Assembly: GCA_030123625.1 (NCBI GenBank)
Contig: CP126121.1
Span: 814,179 to 846,178, forward strand
Source of the DNA: Nitrospira sp.
GTDB taxonomy: Bacteria; Nitrospirota; Nitrospiria; Nitrospirales; Nitrospiraceae
Direction of reading: 5' to 3'
DNA length: 32,000 nucleotides
In this document: piece after piece, positions 8,388 through 16,902 of the stretch
Layout: every line of letters starts with the position of its first letter
How positions within the stretch are numbered: position 1 is the first letter of the stretch
Notes under the pieces: generated by a model
Databases searched by the model: none
What the model was told of the DNA's origin: nothing
The model's input: the letters and a program-made list of their open reading frames with translations, nothing else
Position numbers and translations under genes: made by a program

Positions 8388-9206
8388 ATGGAGACACCTT
8401 CAAACATTTCCCCTCCTTCGCCGCTCTTCGACACCATCGGGCGTATTGCCTTCCGACATTTCCCTCAAGCGGGCCCATTCAATACCCATCGGATGCGGGA
8501 CTACGGAATTGCCGCCTTCACCTTCTTCAGCGTGGCAATCAGTTCCTTGTTGGAGATTAGCGCAAGCGTTGAACGGCAACAATTGCTTGGAGCGTTCGCA
8601 TGGATGTTTCTCGCAACCCTATTGCTTGGCGAGAATCGGGAAACGAAGGCTCAGGTCGTCATCGCCGTCCTATTTGCAACCATTGGCGAACATTTTGCCT
8701 CTATTTACATGGGAGGCTACACTTATCGGTTTGAAAATGTTCCCGCCTATGTTCCGCCCGGTCATGGGATGGTATATCTGACGGCCGTGGCGCTGGCACG
8801 ATCCGGGCTGTTCGTCCGTCATCCCGGGAAAATAACCCTTTTCGTCGTGGGAGTATGGGGTACTTGGTCTCTTTGGGGAATCAGCGGTTACCCGGATCGA
8901 GGAGATTGGGTCGGTGCATTGTTGTTCTCCATATTTTTGGTCTGGTTGATCATCGGCCGCTCACCGATGGTCTATTTGGCTGCTTTTTTCATTACGACGT
9001 GGCTTGAACTGATCGGCACTGCGGTCGGTGCATGGAAATGGGCTGCCATCGATCCTCTGCTGGGATGGCCACAAGGGAATCCTCCCAGTGGGGTGGGCGC
9101 TTGGTACTGTTTAGTCGATGCGGTTGCTATCGGAGGAGCAGGACCTGCTCTCTATGGGATGAAACGCCTCCGTAACTGGTCCAAATCCTTTGGGTCTCCC
9201 CAATAA
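8388..9206 (+). CDS. Hypothetical polytopic membrane protein with an apparent internal two-fold repeat
   Basis: The ORF-track version (from 8127) reads through the IS remnant, so its 5' part is spurious. The ATG at 8388 is a plausible start (alternatives 8289 and 8484). About 7-8 hydrophobic segments. The halves share TxxxExxxxxxxG(aromatic) and (V/N)PP(G/S)xG..Y patterns. I do not recognise the family. Confidence 0.55.
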   Translation: METPSNISPPSPLFDTIGRIAFRHFPQAGPFNTHRMRDYGIAAFTFFSVAISSLLEISASVERQQLLGAFAWMFLATLLLGENRETKAQVVIAVLFATIGEHFASIYMGGYTYRFENVPAYVPPGHGMVYLTAVALARSGLFVRHPGKITLFVVGVWGTWSLWGISGYPDRGDWVGALLFSIFLVWLIIGRSPMVYLAAFFITTWLELIGTAVGAWKWAAIDPLLGWPQGNPPSGVGAWYCLVDAVAIGGAGPALYGMKRLRNWSKSFGSPQ

Positions 9207-9307
9207 GCCGTCATCATTGAAGAACTCACTGCATATACGTGGAGAGCGAGTCCAATGCCTCGTGACAGATCCCTATCATTTTCTTCTCATCCTCTGTAGG
9301 CAGCTCT

Positions 9308-9316
9308 TGATATAAT
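9308..9316 (+). promoter_or_regulatory. Extended -10 promoter element (TGaTATAAT) upstream of the MOSC gene
   Basis: Perfect TATAAT at 9311-9316 preceded by TGn at 9308-9310. The -35 is weak. It lies ~35 nt upstream of the TTG start at 9350. Confidence 0.45.
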
Positions 9317-9349
9317 CCTGACCATGTTCGCTAAACCTGGAAGCACATC

Positions 9350-10078
9350 TTGAAATTCGACATAAGCGCAACGGTCGTCTCGCTTCAAGTAGGGCAACCC
9401 CGCACTGTTAGATCGAGCGAAGGAACTGACTCGGAAGACCAGGTCTGGAGGACCGGGTTTTTTAAGGAGCCGAGATCCGGATTCGTTTGGCTGGGCCGGA
9501 CTAATCTCGACGGTGACGGGCAGGCGGACCTTGAGAACCACGGTGGTCCCGAAAAGGCCGTCAATGTCTATCCGGACGAACACTATCCCTATTGGGCACA
9601 AACTACAGGATTGATCAATCTTCAGCCCGGAGGTTTTGGAGAAAACTTTACCACTAAAGGTTTGCTGGAAAGTGACGTCTGTATCGGGGACATTTTCGAA
9701 ATCGGTGAATCGCTGGTCCAGGTATCGCAGCCCAGGCAACCTTGTTGGAAGCTGGCACGCCGTTGGCAGAGGAAGGATTTGGCGCTTCGTGTCCAGGAAA
9801 CCGGCCGAACCGGCTGGTATTTCCGTGTGCTCAAAGAAGGTCATGTCAAAACCTGCACTAGGCTCGTTCTAGTTGAACGCCATCATCCGAACTGGACGGT
9901 CTCTGCAGCAAACGAAGTGATGCATCATCGGATAGATGACCGGCAAGCCGCTCAAAACCTTGCCGACTGCATTTACCTCTCAGAAAGATGGCGGGAAAAA
10001 CTCAAGCGACGTGCCCGCAGTGGGGTACCCGAAAATACTTCTTCACGGCTGGATGGACCCAGGAAGATAGGAGACTAA
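9350..10078 (+). CDS. MOSC-domain (YiiM-like) molybdenum-cofactor sulfurase C-terminal domain protein
   Basis: Matches the remembered E. coli YiiM pattern: HGGPEKAV..YP.EHY.YW, FGENFTTKGL.ESDVCIGDIF.IGE.L.QVSQPRQPCWKL (conserved Cys), TGRTGWYFRVL.EG. The start is TTG with a weak SD, so the start is uncertain. Confidence 0.85.
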   Translation: MKFDISATVVSLQVGQPRTVRSSEGTDSEDQVWRTGFFKEPRSGFVWLGRTNLDGDGQADLENHGGPEKAVNVYPDEHYPYWAQTTGLINLQPGGFGENFTTKGLLESDVCIGDIFEIGESLVQVSQPRQPCWKLARRWQRKDLALRVQETGRTGWYFRVLKEGHVKTCTRLVLVERHHPNWTVSAANEVMHHRIDDRQAAQNLADCIYLSERWREKLKRRARSGVPENTSSRLDGPRKIGD

Positions 10079-10103
10079 GCGACTTGCCTTTTCATTTTGA
10101 TGA

Positions 10104-10147
10104 GCGTCAGGGCCGTATCATATAGAATGAATACACGGCCCTGACGC
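10104..10147. terminator. 13-bp perfect hairpin between the convergent MOSC gene and cycB (candidate bidirectional terminator)
   Basis: GCGTCAGGGCCGT (10104-10116) and ACGGCCCTGACGC (10135-10147) with an 18-nt loop. There is no clean U-tract on either strand. Confidence 0.45.
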
Positions 10148-10177
10148 TTAACTGACTGGGAACTCTCCCGTCACATA

Positions 10178-10768
10178 CTAGTCTTCCTCGTCATCATCGT
10201 CTTTCTTCTTCTTGACTTCCTTGATCACAGGGCGTCCCTGAGCAAGACTCGCGTTCAGATCGTGCTCCGGAACCTTCTTATGCACAAGATTCTGATGGCA
10301 ATCGATGCACGTCGCCCCTTCGCTTTGCATCTTGGCATGTGCCGCTTTAGCCGAAGCTCCCGGCGGCTTCGTATTCTTGTGACATGCTCTGCACGTGAGG
10401 CTATCCCATTCCTTAAGTTTCATTCGAGCGCGGTAAGCAGCCTCCGGTCGATGTTCATTGAATTTTTCCACCGTTGAATAGTCAGTGGTGAACTCCTTGA
10501 TCAGGAACGGCACTCCGTCTACAACGTGCGTATAAATGGCCTTGTGAAAGTTTGATAAGCCTTGAGGCACATGGCAGTCCTTACAGCCTGGATCCATGCC
10601 AAGCGCACCCCAATGTGAGGACTTCTTCAGTTCCTCATAGGGATATATTTCAGAGTGACAACTTATGCAGAACTCAGTCCGTGAAATTGCGGCTTCACCG
10701 CCGAACACAACGGTAATCAGCCCTATCCCAAGAACTGCCCCAGCAGCTAATGTCCCCAACTTTGGCAT
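10178..10768 (-). CDS. cycB: Tetraheme cytochrome cM552 (NapC/NirT family quinone-reactive cytochrome)
   Basis: N-terminal TM anchor and four CxxCH motifs (CISCH, CKDCH, CRACH, CIDCH). It lies directly downstream of cycA in the hao cluster. Confidence 0.9.
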   Translation of the reverse strand: MPKLGTLAAGAVLGIGLITVVFGGEAAISRTEFCISCHSEIYPYEELKKSSHWGALGMDPGCKDCHVPQGLSNFHKAIYTHVVDGVPFLIKEFTTDYSTVEKFNEHRPEAAYRARMKLKEWDSLTCRACHKNTKPPGASAKAAHAKMQSEGATCIDCHQNLVHKKVPEHDLNASLAQGRPVIKEVKKKKDDDDEED

Positions 10769-10770
10769 TG

Positions 10771-11499
10771 TTATTCGTCCCCAGCCTTGTCCGATTTCAC
10801 CGGAGGCTTGGCTGTCTTCTGGAATTCTTCATGAAATTTTGGAATGGGCGGACCGATAAATGTGCCTTCAAGTTTGAAGTGCTCATGCATAGCCTTGTCA
10901 TTCCGAACATATTTTTCAAAGTCAAATGCATATTTCTTGTCTACTTTCGGAGTAAATGGAGTATAAGGCTTTTTCACGCCTTTCCACGGAGATCCTTCAT
11001 AATTGAGGTGACAGGCATTGCACTTTTCTTCAAACTCAAAATCCTGACCTGCTTCGACAAGATTGGCTCGCTCCATCGTCTTCTTGGATTTTTCAAATGC
11101 TTCACCGGCTTTTCTATGGATCTTTCGATAATCGCTTCCTGCACCATGACAAGACTCACAACCGACACCGGTTAAAAATTTATCCGGCTCTTCGATGACG
11201 TACCCGCCTTCCTTCCCGAATCCATCGACATGGCATCCAACGCAATCCTTGTCTTTTGTATAGTCCTTCTTGGGGTCCAGCTTGGCCTTGACCATCGCCT
11301 CGTCCTTCTTCTTGCCTCTGCTGGGCTTGAGCGACTCCATGGCCTTAGCATGGAGAGTCTTCTCCCATGACTCCCCCTCGCTTTTATGACAGTTGAAGCA
11401 TTTTTTTCGTCCTTCAAACGTTCCTTCCGCCCAAGCCGTCCCGGCGACGGCCAGAAATACCGCTGCAGCGGCGAATGCGTAACCTATGCGGTGATTCAC
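10771..11499 (-). CDS. cycA: Tetraheme cytochrome c554
   Basis: Signal peptide and four CxxCH motifs (CFNCH, CVGCH, CESCH, CNACH). GTG start with AAGGAG 6 nt upstream. Position is haoAB-cycA-cycB. Confidence 0.88.
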   Translation of the reverse strand: MNHRIGYAFAAAAVFLAVAGTAWAEGTFEGRKKCFNCHKSEGESWEKTLHAKAMESLKPSRGKKKDEAMVKAKLDPKKDYTKDKDCVGCHVDGFGKEGGYVIEEPDKFLTGVGCESCHGAGSDYRKIHRKAGEAFEKSKKTMERANLVEAGQDFEFEEKCNACHLNYEGSPWKGVKKPYTPFTPKVDKKYAFDFEKYVRNDKAMHEHFKLEGTFIGPPIPKFHEEFQKTAKPPVKSDKAGDE

Positions 11500-11681
11500 G
11501 GCATCTCCTTTCCCATAGATATTTATAGATTATGGAGTAATTCACCTAGTCATTGTCATGGTTAGTCTTCACTGAGCTTGCGCGAATCTTTATACGAACT
11601 CAGTAAACGCGGCCCAGTTTACCATGAGAGATTTCCGGACTGCTAGCCTGATGTTCTACGATGGCGGATCCCGACAGGTTT

Positions 11682-12710
11682 TCACGCCCCCGGAACTTTG
11701 TACACCCAGTAGCCACCGTGCTTATGGACGAGTTGCATCGCTTTAAAATCAACCGGAGTTGAATTCATGAGCGGAAGCATTTGAGATAGTAATGTTTTCC
11801 CATTCTTGCTTTCTTTCAGAAAATAACCTCGTATCACTTTGTCAGACACAGATTGGAGACTATAGGTATCGTATCCGTTCTCCTTCATCCACGCTTTCAC
11901 TTGACCGACAAGCCCATGGACATTCCCGGTCAAAGGGAAGTCTTTAAATGCGATATCTATTCGATCCGGTCGCATAAGTCCGAGTTTATATAAATCTGCG
12001 GGATGCACGACGATATACGCTTCACGAGAACCAACTAATTTCCGGAGCATGGTTGCCCCTGTATTGGGCTCGGCAGACAGTGCATCGACAAACTGTTGGA
12101 ATAATCGGTTTTCATCCGGTGATCCTGGTGCGCCCCAAAACCGACGTTCATACTCATCGATCACATCCACACGATCTTTCCAGTACGATGGTGCAATAAG
12201 CGGTTGCCCAAGGTGGGAGGTAAACAGAGTATCCCGTTCCGCCAGGAGACCAAGCTGTCGAGAGGTATCCCACCAGGCCAAGATTATCGCTTCTTTCGGC
12301 ACGTGCTTCGTGATATCCGTCGCAATCGTTGCAAGTTCCAACAGATCGGTTCCCATCGATCCGACCGGTTCTGAAACAAGATTCTCCCAGCTTAATAGGA
12401 CAGACTTCCCGTTCCCTTTGTCCGTCAGGTAGGCAACAGCAATTGGTTTATCGACCGATTGAACGCGAAGTTCGTATTTGCTGATTTTTAAATGGGGCCA
12501 AGCTTGCAACGGGAGGTTATGAAACTTATTGGCGTTACCTTCATCAATCAATTGATAGCTGTAGGGCACAGGAGCAGGTTTAAACCAAAGGTAGGCAAAC
12601 CACCCGACCAAAAAAAGACCTCCCGTCACCAGGAGCAGCCCTAGTGACGGGAGGAATTTCGACCCTGACGGATGTGACACCGGCGCGTTGACAGAGGGAG
12701 CCGAGATCAA
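11682..12710 (-). CDS. haoB: HaoB, the hao-associated membrane-anchored protein
   Basis: 342 aa with a single N-terminal TM helix and no heme motifs. It is always-downstream-of-haoA by position. TTG start overlaps the haoA stop by 4 nt and is preceded by GGAAGGAAGGA. Confidence 0.8.
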   Translation of the reverse strand: MISAPSVNAPVSHPSGSKFLPSLGLLLVTGGLFLVGWFAYLWFKPAPVPYSYQLIDEGNANKFHNLPLQAWPHLKISKYELRVQSVDKPIAVAYLTDKGNGKSVLLSWENLVSEPVGSMGTDLLELATIATDITKHVPKEAIILAWWDTSRQLGLLAERDTLFTSHLGQPLIAPSYWKDRVDVIDEYERRFWGAPGSPDENRLFQQFVDALSAEPNTGATMLRKLVGSREAYIVVHPADLYKLGLMRPDRIDIAFKDFPLTGNVHGLVGQVKAWMKENGYDTYSLQSVSDKVIRGYFLKESKNGKTLLSQMLPLMNSTPVDFKAMQLVHKHGGYWVYKVPGA

Positions 12711-14416
12711 CGATCCTTCCTTCCGCTCCTCCGCCAGCCGGCAATGGCCATCGTCCCGGCGAGCAGCATTCCACCGCCGAGCCCCCCGAGCGACAGCTTC
12801 CCAGTCTCGCTATCCAGGTCCAGCAGCCCATGCTTCACCTGGCCCTCAAGTTTGGCAAGCCGGGATTGGAGATCCAGCTTCTCCTTCAGCCGCGTGTCAT
12901 CGTCCATGATTTCCACATAGGCTCGGTTCATCGCCGCCCAGCCGACTGTATAGGTATACCCCCAGTATTGGTGGGCCAAGCTGACATGCAATTGCACCAG
13001 GTGATCTTCGGCCATTTCGAACAGGCGCAACTCATTGGCTGCCGGGTTATTCCCCTTGGACCAATAGATCTGGAAGAACTTCTCAAAGCCATCCGTCTCC
13101 GGTGCCGGCGGGGCCGGTCGATTGGTCTTTTGCCCGGTCAAGAGCCCGGCCTTGTACTGCTCCTCGACCACATGATGCGCTTCATCATACTTATCCAATC
13201 CGGAGAAGGTGCCGTTATCCATGAATTCCAACCACGCCCTGGCGTACGTTTCCGAATGGCAATTGGTACAGGTCTTCACCCAGGCATCATTCCGCTTTTC
13301 CGCCCAGTCGGTCTTAATGTTCTCGCGGACACCCGGCACGAAGGGATAGTTGGCCCACCGTACCTTGCGCACCACATTGTGGGCGATTTTCCCTTGATAC
13401 TCCATATGACAGTATTGGCAGGTGGGGGCGGTTTCGGCGCCTTTGACCATTGCCTCCTTAATGGGAATATTGAAGTTCCAATGCTCTTTATCGCGCTGAT
13501 ACTTCAACCCATGCTTGGACAGGTTATACGCTTCCCAATTGTTATGGTCGGCCCCGCTGTGGCATTGCCCACAGACTTCCGGCTTCCGTGATTCCGCCAC
13601 GGAGAATTCATGCCGCGCATGGCAGGTATCGCACTTGTTCTGATTGACGTGGCAACCGGTGCAGCCATCGGCAATTTCCCGCTGCGGCATCCCGGCATAG
13701 ACTTCGACTTCCACATTGGCCCGGTAGTCCAAGGCATGGGACGGACGGCCTTTGGGCCACTGATCTTTCGGCCACGTGATGGTATCGCGTTCCGATTCTC
13801 TCTCGGCAAACTCCTGCAAATGGCACGTGCCGCACGTGTCGGCCGTGGCCAACCTGATATCCTTGCGATGGTCCGCCTTGTTCTTGGCATTGACCTCAAA
13901 GTGACAATCAATGCACCCCACTTCTTTGAGATGCTCGCCCTTGCCCAGCTTGCCGATCGATCGCAGATTCTCTTCGACGGCTTCGAGCTTGGCCTTCTTG
14001 TAGTAGGTTTCATCTTTCGGGGTCAGCTTGCGGATCTTATCCAAGTTTGCATGCGTGCTTTTCTTCCACGCGGCGACCCACCCCGGCGATTCATCCGTGT
14101 GACACTTGACGCATTGCTCACGGCTCGCCACCTCTTTCACCGCCTGCGGGGGCTTATAAAACGTGTGCGGGTCGAAATACTTACTGAACGAGACGGGTTG
14201 CCAATAGTCGCCGTACTTTCCCTTCCCTTGCCCATTCTGATTGGGGTCCATATATCGCTTCAGCAACGCCTCGTACAGTTCCTTCGGCGAGGCGGACCGC
14301 TCAATCTTCAACGCCTCATAGGTTTCCTTCGGCACGGTGGGGAAATTCGCCTGCGCCTGCGAGGCAACGACCACGCCCCAGACCACCAGGGCATACTTCA
14401 CGAGGTTCTTTACCAT
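12707..14416 (-). CDS. haoA: Hydroxylamine oxidoreductase (octaheme)
   Basis: Eight CxxCH motifs (CVKCH, CIDCH, CGTCH, CTGCH, CDTCH, CGQCH, CQYCH, CTNCH). [10 protein letters not shown] segment matches the region I recall carrying the P460 cross-linking Tyr. The start is moved to the ATG at 14416 (GGAAGGAG SD 8 nt upstream, giving the signal peptide [23 protein letters not shown]). The ORF-track start at 14512 adds 32 unlikely residues. Confidence 0.96.
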   Translation of the reverse strand: MVKNLVKYALVVWGVVVASQAQANFPTVPKETYEALKIERSASPKELYEALLKRYMDPNQNGQGKGKYGDYWQPVSFSKYFDPHTFYKPPQAVKEVASREQCVKCHTDESPGWVAAWKKSTHANLDKIRKLTPKDETYYKKAKLEAVEENLRSIGKLGKGEHLKEVGCIDCHFEVNAKNKADHRKDIRLATADTCGTCHLQEFAERESERDTITWPKDQWPKGRPSHALDYRANVEVEVYAGMPQREIADGCTGCHVNQNKCDTCHARHEFSVAESRKPEVCGQCHSGADHNNWEAYNLSKHGLKYQRDKEHWNFNIPIKEAMVKGAETAPTCQYCHMEYQGKIAHNVVRKVRWANYPFVPGVRENIKTDWAEKRNDAWVKTCTNCHSETYARAWLEFMDNGTFSGLDKYDEAHHVVEEQYKAGLLTGQKTNRPAPPAPETDGFEKFFQIYWSKGNNPAANELRLFEMAEDHLVQLHVSLAHQYWGYTYTVGWAAMNRAYVEIMDDDTRLKEKLDLQSRLAKLEGQVKHGLLDLDSETGKLSLGGLGGGMLLAGTMAIAGWRRSGRKDR

Positions 14417-14543
14417 CACAGCTCTACTCCTTCCGTTTGAGGGACAGTGGGAACTGTCCTTCAGAAAACATGAACTCGGTACATTTCCGCTTATTTTTTT
14501 ATCTGCGTTCATCTGCGCAAGTTCACAAAAAGAATGGCCGCGA

Positions 14544-14572
14544 AATATAGCTTAGCCCTACCAGACTGTCAA
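14544..14572 (-). promoter_or_regulatory. Strong sigma70-type promoter for haoA (TTGACA-17 nt-TATATT)
   Basis: On the - strand, TTGACA is at 14572-14567 and TATATT at 14549-14544 with a 17-nt spacer. It sits in the 209-bp ccmI-haoA spacer and predicts a ~120-nt leader. Confidence 0.55.
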
Positions 14573-14624
14573 GCGATTTCCGTGGATCCCATAATTTCTT
14601 AAAGAATAGAAAAGATAATAATAC

Positions 14625-15914
14625 CTACGGTCGTTCTCGGTCGATGACAACGGTGATATTATCAGTTCCCGGCTTGACCGGCTGACTCATACCTTCCAGA
14701 TCACCACTTTCAGGCATGGCTTTTCCGGATTTCGACAGACGCGCCACGATGACCACCGTGTCGATGTCCGAGAGCTTCCTTGACGGCATGGGACTGGTGG
14801 AGTCATCCAGTCGGAAGGTGAAGGGTAAATCCTTTTTCGATGCCCGTACAATCGACACCGGCATCGGCGGCCCGGCGACATCCTTCGCGAATACGAATAA
14901 GGTGTCCGGGAGAGAACCTTTGCTTGCCAGATTCGGCCCCAACACCACTTTGCCCGTTATCGCACGAGACTGCCCGGATTGTGTCGCCGGCTTGGCCGGC
15001 TTGGCTGCTTCCATCGGAGGATTCGCCACCAACATGTTCGTACTAGGGCCACCCAGATGGCGTTTGGCTTCGGCGATGCTGGCCTTGAGTTGATCCGCTG
15101 ACTCCTGGTCATCGGGAGGAAGATAGGCGTGCGCATCCTCCCACTCTTTGGCGGCACGCGCAAAGTCTTTTCGGTTGTACGCGATCGTCCCCGACAACAT
15201 GAGCGCCTTCACGTTGTGCGGGTCGAGCGTTAAGGCTTTTTGAATCAACGTCTCCGGTTTTCCATCCAACTTGCGTCCCTGATGGACACCGAGGGCATCC
15301 GCATAGTCGGCGAGGAGACTCGCATTATTCGGATCGAGCTTGGTGGCTTTCTCAAAAATCGGCACCGCGTCGGCATACCGCTCCATGGCCATGTAGGATC
15401 GAGCCAAGAGTCCCCACCCGACTGCATCGTTTGGGCTTTGCTCAAGCTTCTTTCTCAACTGTTCGATCAACGTGTTCAGACTGTCCGCCATCTGGGAATC
15501 ATTCCCAGGGCCGCCTTGAGAAGACGAGGCTGATACCGCCGGGTGCGTCATCGCCGCCGGATTCCCCAATGTCCAGTAGAGCACTCCACTGGCGGCCGGA
15601 ATAATCATGGCCAAGGAGAGCGCAACGACCCGAAGATTCACGAGCCCTCCTGTAGCCGCGGTCGGCGCTTCGACACGACCCGCCTCCTCTAACACACGAC
15701 GCTCCAGCTCACTCCGCGCCGCTCGATACTGTTCATCTGTCAACAATCCATCGGTCCGATCTTGCTCCAACTCGGAAAACTGCTGTCGATAGACCGGCAG
15801 CGTTTTCTCCTGTTCGCTCGTGGCGACAGACGGGCGCTTCAACAGAGGCCTCAGCAGAAGACCGAGGACACACAGAGTCATGGCCGAAACGATCAACCAA
15901 AATGTAGCGGTCAT
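14625..15914 (-). CDS. ccmI: Cytochrome c maturation protein CcmI (TPR-containing apocytochrome chaperone)
   Basis: Two N-terminal TM helices separated by a charged loop, TPR-like repeats and a C-terminal domain. It is the last gene of the ccm operon and overlaps ccmH by 4 nt. Confidence 0.85.
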   Translation of the reverse strand: MTATFWLIVSAMTLCVLGLLLRPLLKRPSVATSEQEKTLPVYRQQFSELEQDRTDGLLTDEQYRAARSELERRVLEEAGRVEAPTAATGGLVNLRVVALSLAMIIPAASGVLYWTLGNPAAMTHPAVSASSSQGGPGNDSQMADSLNTLIEQLRKKLEQSPNDAVGWGLLARSYMAMERYADAVPIFEKATKLDPNNASLLADYADALGVHQGRKLDGKPETLIQKALTLDPHNVKALMLSGTIAYNRKDFARAAKEWEDAHAYLPPDDQESADQLKASIAEAKRHLGGPSTNMLVANPPMEAAKPAKPATQSGQSRAITGKVVLGPNLASKGSLPDTLFVFAKDVAGPPMPVSIVRASKKDLPFTFRLDDSTSPMPSRKLSDIDTVVIVARLSKSGKAMPESGDLEGMSQPVKPGTDNITVVIDRERP

Positions 15915-16378
15915 GAGCGCTTGCCTCCTTCTGCCAATAGTTGTTCGACTCGTCGATGCTCCTCAACCGTCACCGGCGCATCGACGACTTTGTTCGCCCG
16001 ACGCCGCAATGTGATGACGAGCACCGTGGCTCCGATGGTCAATAGAACGAACGGCCCAACCCACAGCAGCGTGGTGGTCGCCTTGAGCGGCGGTCGATAC
16101 AGCACGAAGTCACCATAGCGTGCGACAAGGAAATCGATGATTTCCTTGTCGCTCATGTCCTTCGCGATCATCTCCCGAACTTCCCGGCGCAAATCTTCTG
16201 CCAGCGGAGCGTTGGAATCGGCCAATGTTTGATTCTGACAGACCAGACATCGCAGCTCGACGGCGAGATGCTTGAGTCGCGCCTCGACGGCTGGGTCATC
16301 GGCCAACGGCCGGGCCTCCCCCGCCCAAGCAGGTCCGGACAAAAACAACACTATGAGCATCACCCATTTCATTCTCAT
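15911..16378 (-). CDS. ccmH: Cytochrome c maturation protein CcmH
   Basis: Signal peptide, LRCLVCQNQTLADSNAPLA (CxxC) motif, RYGDFVLYRPP, and a C-terminal TM. Confidence 0.92.
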   Translation of the reverse strand: MRMKWVMLIVLFLSGPAWAGEARPLADDPAVEARLKHLAVELRCLVCQNQTLADSNAPLAEDLRREVREMIAKDMSDKEIIDFLVARYGDFVLYRPPLKATTTLLWVGPFVLLTIGATVLVITLRRRANKVVDAPVTVEEHRRVEQLLAEGGKRS

Positions 16379-16902
16379 TGTGATTCAAGCTGCTTCACAA
16401 GGGGAAGGATTTTTTTGGCAACGGTGTCGGGATCCAGGGGCCCGATCTGTTTATAGCGGATCACACCCTGCTTGTCGATGACGTAGGTTTCAGGCACTCC
16501 GTAGACCCCATAATTGATGCCGACCCGGCCGGCATCATCCACCCCGACCACAGGATAAGGATTGCCCCACCGCCTCAACCAGGTCATAGCCTCGTCACGT
16601 TGATCCTTGTAATCCATCCCATAGATCGGCACCTCACCGGATTTGGCCAACTCCATCAATACCGGATGCTCAGTCCGACACCCGCTGCACCATGAGGCCC
16701 AAAAATTGAGCAACCAGACTTTCCCTTTAAGGTCAGTCGACGAAAATACGTTTGCTGAATCGTAGAGCTGCGGCTGGGAAAAATCAGGGGCGGCCTTTCC
16801 GACCAAAGGAGACGGGATTTCCCGCGGGTTGAGCCTAAGCCCCACCCCCAGGAAGACGACGACCACGATAAAAATCGACAGCGGCAGGAGAAACCGATTC
16901 AT
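16375..16902 (-). CDS. ccmG: Thiol:disulfide oxidoreductase CcmG/DsbE
   Basis: N-terminal anchor, thioredoxin fold with WASWCSGC, and GVYGVPETYVIDKQG. Confidence 0.92.
   Translation of the reverse strand: MNRFLLPLSIFIVVVVFLGVGLRLNPREIPSPLVGKAAPDFSQPQLYDSANVFSSTDLKGKVWLLNFWASWCSGCRTEHPVLMELAKSGEVPIYGMDYKDQRDEAMTWLRRWGNPYPVVGVDDAGRVGINYGVYGVPETYVIDKQGVIRYKQIGPLDPDTVAKKILPLVKQLESQ

Noticed and set aside
12830-14440. Long + strand ORFs (253 aa and 276 aa) antisense to haoA, and similar ones inside ccmF (17563-18285), ccmI and the ISNCY transposase
   Set aside because: They lie opposite genes with diagnostic motifs, have no recognisable domains and have skewed composition. These are typical shadow ORFs of GC-rich coding regions.
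14417-14512. Upstream start of haoA giving a 601-aa protein
   Set aside because: The extension ([32 protein letters not shown]) precedes a perfect signal peptide. It also covers the strong SD (GGAAGGAG) that serves the ATG at 14416, and it lies within the predicted leader.
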